Assembly: GCA_022340745.1 (NCBI GenBank)
Contig: JAJDNL010000239.1
Coordinates: forward strand, 155-64,154
Source of the DNA: Deltaproteobacteria bacterium
Lineage (GTDB): Bacteria; Desulfobacterota; Syntrophobacteria; BM002
DNA: 64,000 nt
Direction: 5' to 3'
Shown: positions 49,881 to 59,168 of the stretch, piece after piece
How the letters are laid out: every line of letters begins with the position of its first letter
Position numbering within the stretch: the stretch's first letter is position 1
Translations under genes and position numbers: made by a program
Notes under the pieces: generated by a model
The model's input: the letters and a program-made list of their open reading frames with translations, nothing else
Told to the model about the DNA's origin: nothing
Database searches by the model: none

Positions 49881-50918
49881 ATGATTGATCTCCGTAGTGA
49901 CACAGTGACCATGCCTGGCCGGGCCATGCGAGAGGCCATGGTTACAGCCGAGGTTGGTGACGATGTTTTGGGTGAGGACCCCACCATCAACCTTCTCCAA
50001 GATAAGATGGCGTCCCTGCTGGGCCAGGGAGCCGGGCTTTTCGTGCCCTCGGGTACGATGGCCAACCAGGTAGCCATTAAGACCCATATTCAACCAGGCG
50101 ATGAAATTTTAATCGATCAGGATGCGCACATCTATTACTATGAGTGTGCGGCCACGGCGGTAATCGCCGGTGGCCAGTTTCACTGCCTGAAAGGGGACAA
50201 TGGCATCTTGTCGCCTGAAGCCATAGCGGCTGCCATCAGGCCTCCGGACATCCATCAACCTCCATCGCGACTTGTTTGCTTGGAGAATACTCACAACCGG
50301 GGCGGTGGGACTATTTATACCGTAGAGAGAACAACCTCCATAACAAAACTGGCCTCTAGCCAAAACATAAAAGTTCACCTTGATGGCGCTCGGCTTTTTA
50401 ATGCTGCCCTCGCTGCGAGAACCACGGTAAAAGAGTTGACCGGCGGGGTGGATTCCGTTTCCATCTGTTTCTCGAAAGGACTGGGGGCACCCGTGGGTTC
50501 GGTACTGTGCGGTTCCGCGGACTTCATCGCCGAAGCCCGGCGCTTCCGCAAAATGTTTGGTGGCGGTATGCGCCAGGTTGGCATCCTGGCTGCAGCTTGT
50601 CTTTACGCACTTGACCATCATGTGGAGCGGTTGGAGGAAGATCATGAAAACGCCAGGAGACTTGCCTCCGAACTTGCCCAGATGGACGGAATTCAGATTG
50701 AGCCCGAACAAGTGATAACCAACATTGTCATCTTTGATGTGGCTGGCACCGGTCTGGATGCAGGCAGTTTTTCAGACAAACTGGCTACCGAGGGAGTCCT
50801 CACGATTCCCTTCGGCCCCACCACCGTTCGCGCCGTAACTCATCTGGATGTGAGGGCAGCGGATATTGACAGAGCGCTTGAAATCATAAGGCATTTTCTC
50901 AAATCATCGGCCAGATAA
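49881..50918 (+). CDS. ltaE: low-specificity L-threonine aldolase (PLP-dependent)
   Basis: MIDLRSDTVTMP... N-terminus and the beta-eliminating lyase fold pattern. Confidence 0.85.
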   Translation: MIDLRSDTVTMPGRAMREAMVTAEVGDDVLGEDPTINLLQDKMASLLGQGAGLFVPSGTMANQVAIKTHIQPGDEILIDQDAHIYYYECAATAVIAGGQFHCLKGDNGILSPEAIAAAIRPPDIHQPPSRLVCLENTHNRGGGTIYTVERTTSITKLASSQNIKVHLDGARLFNAALAARTTVKELTGGVDSVSICFSKGLGAPVGSVLCGSADFIAEARRFRKMFGGGMRQVGILAAACLYALDHHVERLEEDHENARRLASELAQMDGIQIEPEQVITNIVIFDVAGTGLDAGSFSDKLATEGVLTIPFGPTTVRAVTHLDVRAADIDRALEIIRHFLKSSAR

Positions 50919-50967
50919 GATGTGGGGCCATATCCCCGTGTCGCGTACATGAACCGAGTGGCTTTTC

Positions 50968-51759
50968 ATGAGCGGAATCGTAACCCTACTCACAGATTTT
51001 GGCAGCCGCGACCAGTACGTGGCCGCAGTCAAAGGCGTGCTGTTGAGCATTAACCCGTCACTCAATATAGTAGACATCACCCACGAAATAAGCCCGCAAA
51101 ACATCAAGGAGGCAGGCTTTATTCTGGCCTCAGCCTGCACATATTTCCCGGAAGGGACGCTCCACCTGGCAATTGTGGATCCTGGGGTTGGTGGGGAACG
51201 CCAGGGTTTGGCCGCCGCAACCGAGCGCTATCTTTTTGTCGGTCCTGACAACGGCTTGTTTGACTGGGTTTTTGCTGTTGATCCACCTCATCAGGTTGTG
51301 GTGCTGGAAAACCCTGACTATCAACTGCCGCAGGTTAGCGCCACATTCCATGGCCGTGATATCTTCGCCCCAGCAGCCGGACACCTGTCTCTCGGCATAC
51401 CTTTGGAGAAACTGGGGCCAGCCAGCCATTACCGGATGCATTTCCCCGGCAGACAGATCTTGAGGGATCAGGACAAACTACAGGGAGAAATCATTCATGT
51501 AGATCGTTTCGGTAACCTCATCTCTAATATTGAAATCTTGTCTGCCGGGACCGAAAGAAAGTTGCGGGACCTACAGGTCACTCTCGCTACCGAGCAACTA
51601 CTCACAGGCCCCGGCACCTATGAAGAGGCTCCCCCTTTACGCCCGTTTGCCTTGATTGGCAGCAGTGGTCTCTTGGAGGTGTCAGTCCGTAATGGCAGCG
51701 CCCATAAGGTTACCGGCTGCGGTGTGGGTACTCCAGTACTGGTTCGCCGGCTAAAGTGA
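50968..51759 (+). CDS. SAM hydroxide adenosyltransferase / SAM-dependent halogenase-like (DUF62) family protein
   Basis: IVTLLTDFGSRDQYVAAVKGVLLSINP...IVDITHEI is the DUF62 N-domain signature. Confidence 0.8.
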   Translation: MSGIVTLLTDFGSRDQYVAAVKGVLLSINPSLNIVDITHEISPQNIKEAGFILASACTYFPEGTLHLAIVDPGVGGERQGLAAATERYLFVGPDNGLFDWVFAVDPPHQVVVLENPDYQLPQVSATFHGRDIFAPAAGHLSLGIPLEKLGPASHYRMHFPGRQILRDQDKLQGEIIHVDRFGNLISNIEILSAGTERKLRDLQVTLATEQLLTGPGTYEEAPPLRPFALIGSSGLLEVSVRNGSAHKVTGCGVGTPVLVRRLK

Positions 51760-51864
51760 ACAGCATGGCTTACTCAAAGCTGAGAATCACTTTACCAAAA
51801 CGCCCATGCCATTAACTCCGCATACCATGGATACTAGATTTCGATATGCACTTTTATTTACTAA

Positions 51865-52094
51865 CCACAGAGACACGGAGAGCACAGAGGGAACCATTTC
51901 TCTTGCCCGATCGGGAGACGGCGATCGGGCAAGAGATCGCAGCCCTGCGGGCACGATCTAGTAACCGGGTGGTTCATGCCTACGGTTGGATCTAGGCTAA
52001 AGAGCTTTCGCCGCAGGCGGAGGCTCTTTTCCCTGGCCGTCGTCTCCCGGCCAGGGAAAAAACAACATCCTCCGTGTCCTCTGTGCCTCTGTGG
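51865..52094. mobile_element. MITE-B copy 2 (230 bp), inverted relative to copy 1
   Basis: CCACAGAGACACGGAGAGCACAGAG...CCTCTGTGCCTCTGTGG; same internal hairpins in reverse orientation. Confidence 0.75.
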
Positions 52095-52209
52095 TAAATT
52101 TTCACTCAGGCTTCATTAGGCCGCAACCACACGGAGCAGAGTAAATAGTCGTTTGCAAAATCCGATTAGCAGAAAAGATTCAAACATTAGGGGATTGGGG
52201 GAGCAAAAT

Positions 52210-52914
52210 ATGGCAAAAGATCAGCTCATTGAAGAACTCAAGAAGGCCGACTTGTTTTCTCGCCTGGAAGCTGACGATCTGGATGCTCTGTTGGGAATTG
52301 CTCGGATGCGCCAGATTGACGACGGCGAAATTCTTTTTGCTGCCGGTGATCGAGCAACTGGATTCTACGTGCTGCTCCAGGGCAAGATCAAACTGTATAA
52401 GGTCTCTGCCGATGGAAAAGAATACATTCTGCGAGTGGTGCACAGCAGGCAAACATTTGCCGAGGCAGCCGCTTTCTCCGGGCTCACCTACCCCGTCTTC
52501 GCGGAATGCATGAGCTCATGCCAACTTGTTTACTTTGACGCTAGCGACTTCCGCGCTCTCATCCAACGTAGCCCACAGCTAGCTCTCAACATGATCGCCA
52601 CCATGGCGTCCCTCCTGCAATCCCTCAATCAGAAAATCGAAGACCTCTCCCTCCGAGAAGTTGCGGCTCGGCTTTGCCGTCACCTGCTGACACGAGCCCG
52701 GGATGAACACGGGGAAGTAACTGACGGTATCAGCGTCCAGCTTGAAACCACCAAAAGCGCCTTGGCGGCGAGGTTGGGGACAATCAGCGAAACCCTCTCC
52801 CGGAGTTTTAAGAAGCTCCAGCAGCGCGGTGTTGTGGCGGTTGATCGAGACCAGGTAACCTTGCTGGACTGCGACCAGGTGCAACAGGTTGCTGACGGCG
52901 ATCTCAAGCTTTAG
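52210..52914 (+). CDS. Crp/Fnr-family transcriptional regulator
   Basis: cNMP-binding beta-roll (GEILFAAGDRATGFYVLLQGKIKL) plus C-terminal HTH (TKSALAARLGTISETLSRSFKKL). ATG preceded by a GGGGAG RBS. Confidence 0.8.
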   Translation: MAKDQLIEELKKADLFSRLEADDLDALLGIARMRQIDDGEILFAAGDRATGFYVLLQGKIKLYKVSADGKEYILRVVHSRQTFAEAAAFSGLTYPVFAECMSSCQLVYFDASDFRALIQRSPQLALNMIATMASLLQSLNQKIEDLSLREVAARLCRHLLTRARDEHGEVTDGISVQLETTKSALAARLGTISETLSRSFKKLQQRGVVAVDRDQVTLLDCDQVQQVADGDLKL

Positions 52915-52952
52915 CGAGTGATTTCTATCGGCTTTCCCAGGGTAGATTAGTG

Positions 52953-53681
52953 TTACGCTGCAGCCCATTCATCTTTCTTTGCAGCTGCTTCTAGAACTAA
53001 TCTCATGGTACTGATGTCTTCGATACCTCTTTCGTCGAATTCCATCTGACAATCCCTATATTCAAAATCCCCTTCCGCCCAAAGGGAGATGTCTAAGACT
53101 GCCTCTTGGATCTGATAGCGGATCAATTCTTTCAGGCTGTCTTCACTGATGTACCCCAGATCCAGTAACATCTCCCCTAGTCGCTTTTTTTCTTCCTTGG
53201 TCTTCTCCAGGGCCTCCTCCAATTGTTCTTGGGAAAGCAGTCCTCTATCATAGAGCATTTGCCCCAACCGCTGTCCCTCTCTGCCGCTAGCCGCGACAAT
53301 TTTGCCGTCTTTCAGGCAAATGGCTCTCATTGCCTGCCCCTGTTCAAAGTGCAGCACCCCGGTTCTATTATCAGTTGATAAAATCTGCAAGATAGTAGAC
53401 AGAGCCACTGACTTCAGGTTCCCTCTGAAGCCAACTGGATTCGTACACTTTGAAGATTCGAAGGGGTACTGAACCTGTTGTCGGTCATCAGGACCTCTGG
53501 CATTCCATGCCTCTATAGCGGTCCTTTTACTTTCCATTATGGGGCCTGAGCCGCCACACCAGCAGACCACTGTGAAATAACCTTCAGAACTCTCGGCAAT
53601 ATGCATCCGGATTTTGCCATCTCCGTTCTCTTTTGTCTCACAGAACGGACAGGGCCTCAGTCCCTTCTCAGCATCAGCCAT
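52953..53681 (-). CDS. Zn-ribbon / DUF4388 / MshEN-domain protein (putative c-di-GMP receptor)
   Basis: N-terminal CPFCE...CWCG ribbon (Lar-like) and a DUF4388-like middle (SVALSTILQILSTDNRTGVLHF). C-terminal tandem 24-residue motifs RLGQMLYDRGLLSQEQLEEALEKT / 5-residue spacer / RLGEMLLDLGYISEDSLKELIRYQ fit the MshEN c-di-GMP-binding consensus. Confidence 0.6.
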   Translation of the reverse strand: MADAEKGLRPCPFCETKENGDGKIRMHIAESSEGYFTVVCWCGGSGPIMESKRTAIEAWNARGPDDRQQVQYPFESSKCTNPVGFRGNLKSVALSTILQILSTDNRTGVLHFEQGQAMRAICLKDGKIVAASGREGQRLGQMLYDRGLLSQEQLEEALEKTKEEKKRLGEMLLDLGYISEDSLKELIRYQIQEAVLDISLWAEGDFEYRDCQMEFDERGIEDISTMRLVLEAAAKKDEWAAA

Positions 53682-54151
53682 TATCTCCCTCCCGCCTTCT
53701 TTCTTTTGGTATCCGGGTTATTAGGGCATCCCTCACACAGGAGAGGACCCTCATACCACCAGATGCAACCTCCGCATCTTTCGCTCGGCCGCTCATTCAC
53801 AATATAATCCCCCTTAAACACCCCTTCCGGAAAACAGCTATGCTACATGTCGTTGTCGTTAATAGTGTCTTGGTTAGCGAAAGTAATGCCAAGAAAGAAA
53901 AAGGCTGGGAAAAGTCATGAAATCAACAAGATATAACTCTTGATCATGGTTTTGCTGTTGGCCGAATAGCTAAATTTGGCCACATAGCCAGATGCGACCT
54001 GATCAAATGGCTGAACCACAAACAATTGTCTCTTTACAAGTCTATTCTGCGTGATTACCTTACCGGATGAAAGAAAATGATGGGTTTCCCAACTATTAAA
54101 ACAATCAATCAGATTTCTTTAGCCACGGGAAACCTTTTTTGGAGGGAAATA

Positions 54152-54412
54152 ATGGCAGTAACCCTGTTTCGAGATAAATCGTCAATCTATCAACAACTCT
54201 TTAACCCGATGCGATCTAGCCCCTTGCCACATGGTTTCCACTTGTCAAGGGAACAGGTAGGCCATTCGGAGTCGCGGTCACCACAGTTGGCTGGCACCTG
54301 GAATAAAGGCGAGAATAGTGACCATGGTGATGTGGAGGAAGAGGCTCGACTGCATGAGCTCATGGAGGATATTAAACGCTATATTCGCAGCATTGATGTA
54401 AATGCTCTCTAA
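54152..54412 (+). CDS. hypothetical protein
   Basis: 86 aa ORF starting MAVTLFRDK with a GGAGGG RBS 7 nt upstream; no family recognised. Confidence 0.3.
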   Translation: MAVTLFRDKSSIYQQLFNPMRSSPLPHGFHLSREQVGHSESRSPQLAGTWNKGENSDHGDVEEEARLHELMEDIKRYIRSIDVNAL

Positions 54413-54493
54413 AGCAGCTAAACTTCCACCTGTTTCAGGTGTTTTTATATAAGCCCTCTGGAGTCCACGAAACGGAGGGTTTTCTTTTTTGGG

Positions 54494-55369
54494 CTATGTG
54501 TCTGCCTCTAAATTATATCCTAGGTGCGTAAGGGCTTTCTCGAGTTGCTGGCGGACGGTTGCGCTGTCAGCGCTCACCGGCCCTTTACTGAAACCACACT
54601 GCCGCAAGGAGTAACTCAGCTCGACTATTGGTGGTAGTGAAGCCGTCCGACGCACGGCCGGGTCACTGCTTTGACACAGTTCGGTTGGCGAACCGCAAAA
54701 GATAAGTCTCCCCGCGCCCATGACAGCCACTCTCCCCACCCAACCAAGAAACAGCTCCAGCTCATGGGCAATAACCAGCATGCTCCGATCCCCTCTGTTC
54801 CAGTGCTGCAGGAGCGAAACCACTCGTCTCCGTTCCCGAGCATTCAACCCAGCCAGCGGTTCATCCAGGATCAACACCTGTGGTTCCAGGGCCAGTAGGC
54901 TCACCAATGCAGCCTTTCGCTGTTGACCTGAACTCAGGGATCTGGGCGAACGATCGGCAAGTTGGGCGAGAGGAAAAGCAATATCCTCAGAGATCCTCCG
55001 CAGGCGGCGGGAGACATCTGATCTTTCCATACCGAGCCCCACTCGCAGGCCCCAACTTAGCTCATCCCAAACAGTGTTGGCAAAAAACTGACGCTCCGGA
55101 TACTGAGACGCCAACACCACCCTGTCGGTGGTGGCAAACCGTCTGCCATTGCTGCCATAGAGATCTTCCCCATTGAACCGCACGGTTCCCTGCTCGGGCC
55201 GAACCAATCCAGCCAGAATGCGTGCAAGAGTTGTCTTGCCGCTACCGCTCGGTCCCGTCAGCAGAACAACCTCACCGGGCACTAACTTCAACCCGACCCC
55301 ATTGAGCACCTGACGACTGAAAGGCGTGGATTCTGAGAACGTGTGGCTTATATCTACCGCCTCCAGCAT
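54494..55369 (-). CDS. ecfA: energy-coupling factor transporter ATPase (EcfA2/CbiO-like ABC ATPase)
   Basis: Walker A GPSGSGKTT, ABC signature LSSGQQRKAA, Walker B ILILDEP. Confidence 0.8.
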   Translation of the reverse strand: MLEAVDISHTFSESTPFSRQVLNGVGLKLVPGEVVLLTGPSGSGKTTLARILAGLVRPEQGTVRFNGEDLYGSNGRRFATTDRVVLASQYPERQFFANTVWDELSWGLRVGLGMERSDVSRRLRRISEDIAFPLAQLADRSPRSLSSGQQRKAALVSLLALEPQVLILDEPLAGLNARERRRVVSLLQHWNRGDRSMLVIAHELELFLGWVGRVAVMGAGRLIFCGSPTELCQSSDPAVRRTASLPPIVELSYSLRQCGFSKGPVSADSATVRQQLEKALTHLGYNLEADT

Positions 55370-55372
55370 AAC

Positions 55373-55630
55373 TCAGTCTACCACCTTGTAAACCAGATCA
55401 TTTTCCCGAACCCGGTCTGTAACCTGAATACCGACAAGTTGGCCCTTCACCGCCTTGGTGATCGCCTGTTTTTCCTCCTGAATGCTCTGAACTTCCTGTT
55501 TGAAATCAGTGGTGTATCCTTTGAACCAGAGCACATCACCTACCTCAAACTCCCCATTTGTCATCTCAATGGCCGCCACACTTAGTTTAACGAAAAAATT
55601 TTTGACTACTCCCACCTGGACGTCTGCCAT
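55373..55630 (-). CDS. small beta-barrel protein (EF-Tu domain-2-like), hypothetical
   Basis: 85 aa between the two ecfA genes; G..V..GDV.....G pattern reminiscent of translation-factor beta-barrel domain II. Weak. Confidence 0.35.
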   Translation of the reverse strand: MADVQVGVVKNFFVKLSVAAIEMTNGEFEVGDVLWFKGYTTDFKQEVQSIQEEKQAITKAVKGQLVGIQVTDRVRENDLVYKVVD

Positions 55631-55733
55631 TACCCTCACCCCCTTGTACATTTTTGATTGCAGACTGAAGATTGCAGATTACAAAATCTCAGTGCTGCAA
55701 CTGAGCTCAATCTAAAATCTCAAATCTTAAATC

Positions 55734-56582
55734 TTAAATCTCAATCTTTTCATTATCCTGCGTGCACCCTGGAACTGTCAAGAGCTCCAGTAAATGCTCC
55801 AGAGTGACAACTTCATCCGGCTCAACCAGCCCTCTACGAGCGAGCATCTCTCCGAGGTCAGCAATGGCAGGCACTTCCAAGCCAAGTTGATTAACAAGCT
55901 CCTTTTCCTGTAAGAGCCTGCCTGGAGAGTCGTCGAAAACTAACACGCCATTGTCTAAGGCAACCAGCCTCTGAGCAAGAAGAGCCTCTTCCAAAAGATG
56001 CGTGCTGTGCACCATTGTGCAGGACTCTCTCGCCTGGATGTCTTTCAGGAGGTTTAGTATTTCAGCGCGGCTCCGTCCCGCAACCATACAAAGAGGATCG
56101 TCCAGCAGGAGACATCCTTTCTGCTGTGCCAGAGCGCCAGCAAGGATCAGCCGCTGCTGCTCCCCTCCTGAGAGATGGTGGCTGAAATGTGCCGCCCGTT
56201 CATAAAGATCAACATACCGCAGGGCTTCCTCTACCCGGATTTGAATAGTCTCCGGAGTTAATCCCATGTTTTCGAGACCGAAAGCTACGTCCTCTGCCAC
56301 CACCGGTGAGACAATCTGGTTTTCAGGATTGGCAAAAATGCAGGCTGCAAGGTGGTTGAGTTCTCTTGCAGCAAGAACAGAGCCGTTTATCCTGATCTCT
56401 CCGGCTTGGGGTTGGAGTAAGCCCTTCATTAACTTCAGGAGCGTGGTCTTCCCGCTCCCTGAAGGACCCACTATTGCCACCCACTCTCCAGCAGTAATAC
56501 GCAGATCGAAATCAGCAAATACCGGTTCCTCCGCGCCGTCCTGGTAAGAGAAGGTTACCTTGTTGAGCTCAATACTGACCAT
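55734..56582 (-). CDS. ecfA: energy-coupling factor transporter ATPase (EcfA1-like ABC ATPase)
   Basis: Walker A GPSGSGKTT, signature LSGGEQQRLILA, Walker B LLLDDP. Confidence 0.8.
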   Translation of the reverse strand: MVSIELNKVTFSYQDGAEEPVFADFDLRITAGEWVAIVGPSGSGKTTLLKLMKGLLQPQAGEIRINGSVLAARELNHLAACIFANPENQIVSPVVAEDVAFGLENMGLTPETIQIRVEEALRYVDLYERAAHFSHHLSGGEQQRLILAGALAQQKGCLLLDDPLCMVAGRSRAEILNLLKDIQARESCTMVHSTHLLEEALLAQRLVALDNGVLVFDDSPGRLLQEKELVNQLGLEVPAIADLGEMLARRGLVEPDEVVTLEHLLELLTVPGCTQDNEKIEI

Positions 56583-56644
56583 GCAGCAAGAATACTCCTA
56601 TTTCGCCTAGATTTAAACGGTATTGTCGAGCACAATGCACAACC

Positions 56645-56828
56645 CAGCTCGGATGTTTCACCAATTGGTGTCGCGAGACCGCAATGATGAGTGTGCCACC
56701 GGGCAACCACAGGGTGTCGGATCCGAGGCGTACTTGAACAGTACGTCGCAGGGTCCGACACCCGAGGACGCCCGGGAGGACGATCATATCTGCGGTCGCA
56801 GCAGGTGATTCGTGAAATATCCGGGCTA
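56645..56828. mobile_element. MITE-A copy (184 bp) with degenerate left terminus
   Basis: CAGCTCGGATGTTTCACCAA ... TTCGTGAAATATCCGGGCTA; core nearly identical to the 40159 copy (GTGTACTTGAACAGTACGTCGCA...GGTCCGACACCCGAGGACGCCCGG). Confidence 0.7.
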
Positions 56829-56912
56829 AAATAGAGGGTATGTCATTGACTAATTTATTGATTTAATGGTACTTTAGCCATCGATATACGCAACTGCAAA
56901 GGGTACACGAAC

Positions 56913-57662
56913 ATGACCGACACCGCGAGATTCAAAAAAGGCGCCACCATCATCCACGAAGGAACCACCGGTTCTAACGCCTATCTCATTCTTTCGGGCT
57001 CGGTGGAGGTGTACAAAAAAGTTGGAGATGAAAAGCTGGTACTGTCCAGATTAGTAAAGGGCAACATTTTTGGGGAAATGAGCCTTGTGGATGACAAACC
57101 TCGCTCCGCGACTATTGCTGCCTTGGAAGATACCGAAGTGAGAATCTTGAGCCGCGAGCGCTTTGAGTCCATGTTGGAGCAAAACCCTCGCGCCGTTATC
57201 CCGCTACTCAAACAGGTTTTTCAGCGCGTCAGATATTTGAACCAGATGGTAACGGCATTCTGTGGTCAAGCCAGCACCGGGACCGTGGAATTGGCGACTC
57301 ATCCTCTTCGGCTAACGGCCAAAACTGAAGAGGCCGAACAAGCCATGCAGGGCAAGGAGATAGATATCAGCAAAATACCCTTTCAAATTGGCAGGACCTC
57401 TACCAGCAGCGTGTTTGGCTCTAATGATTTGAACATTGAAGACACAGAGCCATATCGGATTTCTCGATGCCATTGCCTGATAACCATTGTGGATAACGAA
57501 TATTATGTGGTTGATACGGTAAGCAGCCGCGGAACCGTGGTTGACAGCAGTAAAATCGGAGGCCGAGAAGACCTGAAGCGAGTATTACTTGCAAGTGGCA
57601 AACATCAGATTATCCTGGGTGGCGAAGAGTCACCGTATGTGTTTGATCTTGAAGTTCCCTAG
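56913..57662 (+). CDS. cyclic-nucleotide-binding domain / FHA domain protein
   Basis: N-terminal cNMP-binding fold (GNIFGEMSLVDDKPRSATIAA). C-terminal FHA (IGRTSTSS...ISRCHCLI...YVVDTVSSRGTVVDSSKI). Its TAG stop is the first three bases of a MITE-A terminus fragment. Confidence 0.75.
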   Translation: MTDTARFKKGATIIHEGTTGSNAYLILSGSVEVYKKVGDEKLVLSRLVKGNIFGEMSLVDDKPRSATIAALEDTEVRILSRERFESMLEQNPRAVIPLLKQVFQRVRYLNQMVTAFCGQASTGTVELATHPLRLTAKTEEAEQAMQGKEIDISKIPFQIGRTSTSSVFGSNDLNIEDTEPYRISRCHCLITIVDNEYYVVDTVSSRGTVVDSSKIGGREDLKRVLLASGKHQIILGGEESPYVFDLEVP

Positions 57663-58082
57663 CCCGGAGAGATTTTAGATTTGTCCTGCGGACTCCCACC
57701 CTTCGGGCGGGTTCCCAGTTTTAGAATGCAGATTTCAGATTTAAAAGCTCAAGACCTTCTAGTGAAGAATGCATTCACCTCAATCTGCAATCTCCAATCT
57801 GCAATCATAAATCTAAAGAGACTGGCCCTGAGACCAGGTTTTCTACGACTAAATAAGATCTAATTCCCCCCACTCCCCCCATACAAAGTGGTAATTTATT
57901 TCCACTTTGTTACCTTTACTTCCCAAAAATTACCTCGCAGTTTTCCCATAAGATCTTTTTAACTATTTGGAATCGTAGAGAAATTTAAAAGATTGCCTTT
58001 TGGCACGGTCTTTGTTTATCAAGGCTTCACTGAGCAAATTAACTCATGCTGACGCCGACAAGGAATGGTACGAGAAGTCCGT

Positions 58083-59168
58083 ATGAAATTAACTAAAGCA
58101 AGACGGCTTTCACTGCGTGTTCCGGTGATAGGATGGGAAGCGTTTATATCAACAAAGAAATCCGAAAACACGCGCGCGAAAGTTGCCAATGTCAGCGCTG
58201 ACGGGGCTTATCTAATTACCGGAAAACACTATCAGCCAGCCTCAACGGTCGCTCTGTCGATCAAGTCTCCTGTAATCTCCTTTTCCGTTACAGGAATGGT
58301 AGTTCGAAACGATCCATTCGGTGTGGCTATTCGTTTTCTCAATCACAGTGCATCAACCAGAAATTCGCTTTTGACAATTATCTCTAAATTATTGGCCGAA
58401 AAAAAGTCAAACCCATCAGGTTTGAACGAGGCTCCAATAGGCAGTGAACATCAATCAAAGCTCAACCTTGATGCAGAGCAAGAATGCTTTCACGCCAGTG
58501 GACTATTATCCACGCCATCGGGCACAGCAGCCCCACGTTCACGAGAGAGAAAGAGCATGAGGTCATCAGGACAAGAATGTTTCTACACCAGTGCACTGAT
58601 GGCCACGGCACCGTGCAGCGAACCCCCTCCCCGTTTGGCGGAGTGTAATAGTACCAGGTCAAAGGACAACAATTTTATGATTAGCTCAGCTCCAGCCCAT
58701 AGCGCAGAATCACTGAAGGTATTCTTGAGCCACTGTGGAACAACTACAGTGAAGTGCCCTTTATGTAAGAAATGTCATTACACCACAGTCCCTGAACATT
58801 TTCACAACAAACCGGTTCGGGCAAAATGTGAGTGTGGCAAGTCTTTTTCTGTGCTTTTCGACAGCCGACAATATTTTCGCAAAGAGGTGCAACTGCCTGG
58901 GGAATACCGGGACACGTCTGGCGCGCAGGACCTGATGACCGTAACAACGCTATCTATTCGCGGTGCAGGATTTGAAACAAGACGAGGCAACATTTTATTA
59001 AAAGAAGGAGAAACCATTCAGGTAAACTTCTTGCTCAATAAAAATGATCGGAACTGGATTAAATTAAAAGCAGTCGTCAAACGGGTTAAGGGTAATCAGG
59101 TAGGCGTAGAATTCACTGGGCTGAATGAGCACCAGCAAAAGTGCATTGGATTTTATCTGATGCCTTGA
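58083..59168 (+). CDS. dual PilZ-domain protein with central zinc-ribbon
   Basis: N-terminal PilZ (RRLSLR...NVSADGAYL). C-terminal PilZ (RKEVQLPG...TLSIRGAGF). Central Cys cluster CPLCKKCH...CECG. Confidence 0.65.
   Translation: MKLTKARRLSLRVPVIGWEAFISTKKSENTRAKVANVSADGAYLITGKHYQPASTVALSIKSPVISFSVTGMVVRNDPFGVAIRFLNHSASTRNSLLTIISKLLAEKKSNPSGLNEAPIGSEHQSKLNLDAEQECFHASGLLSTPSGTAAPRSRERKSMRSSGQECFYTSALMATAPCSEPPPRLAECNSTRSKDNNFMISSAPAHSAESLKVFLSHCGTTTVKCPLCKKCHYTTVPEHFHNKPVRAKCECGKSFSVLFDSRQYFRKEVQLPGEYRDTSGAQDLMTVTTLSIRGAGFETRRGNILLKEGETIQVNFLLNKNDRNWIKLKAVVKRVKGNQVGVEFTGLNEHQQKCIGFYLMP

Noticed and set aside
58720-58860. CKKCH (CXXCH) motif in the dual-PilZ protein considered as a haem-c site
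   Set aside because: Protein has no signal peptide and the motif is embedded in a CxxC...CxC zinc-ribbon-like cluster; cytoplasmic PilZ adaptor is far more plausible than a c-type cytochrome.
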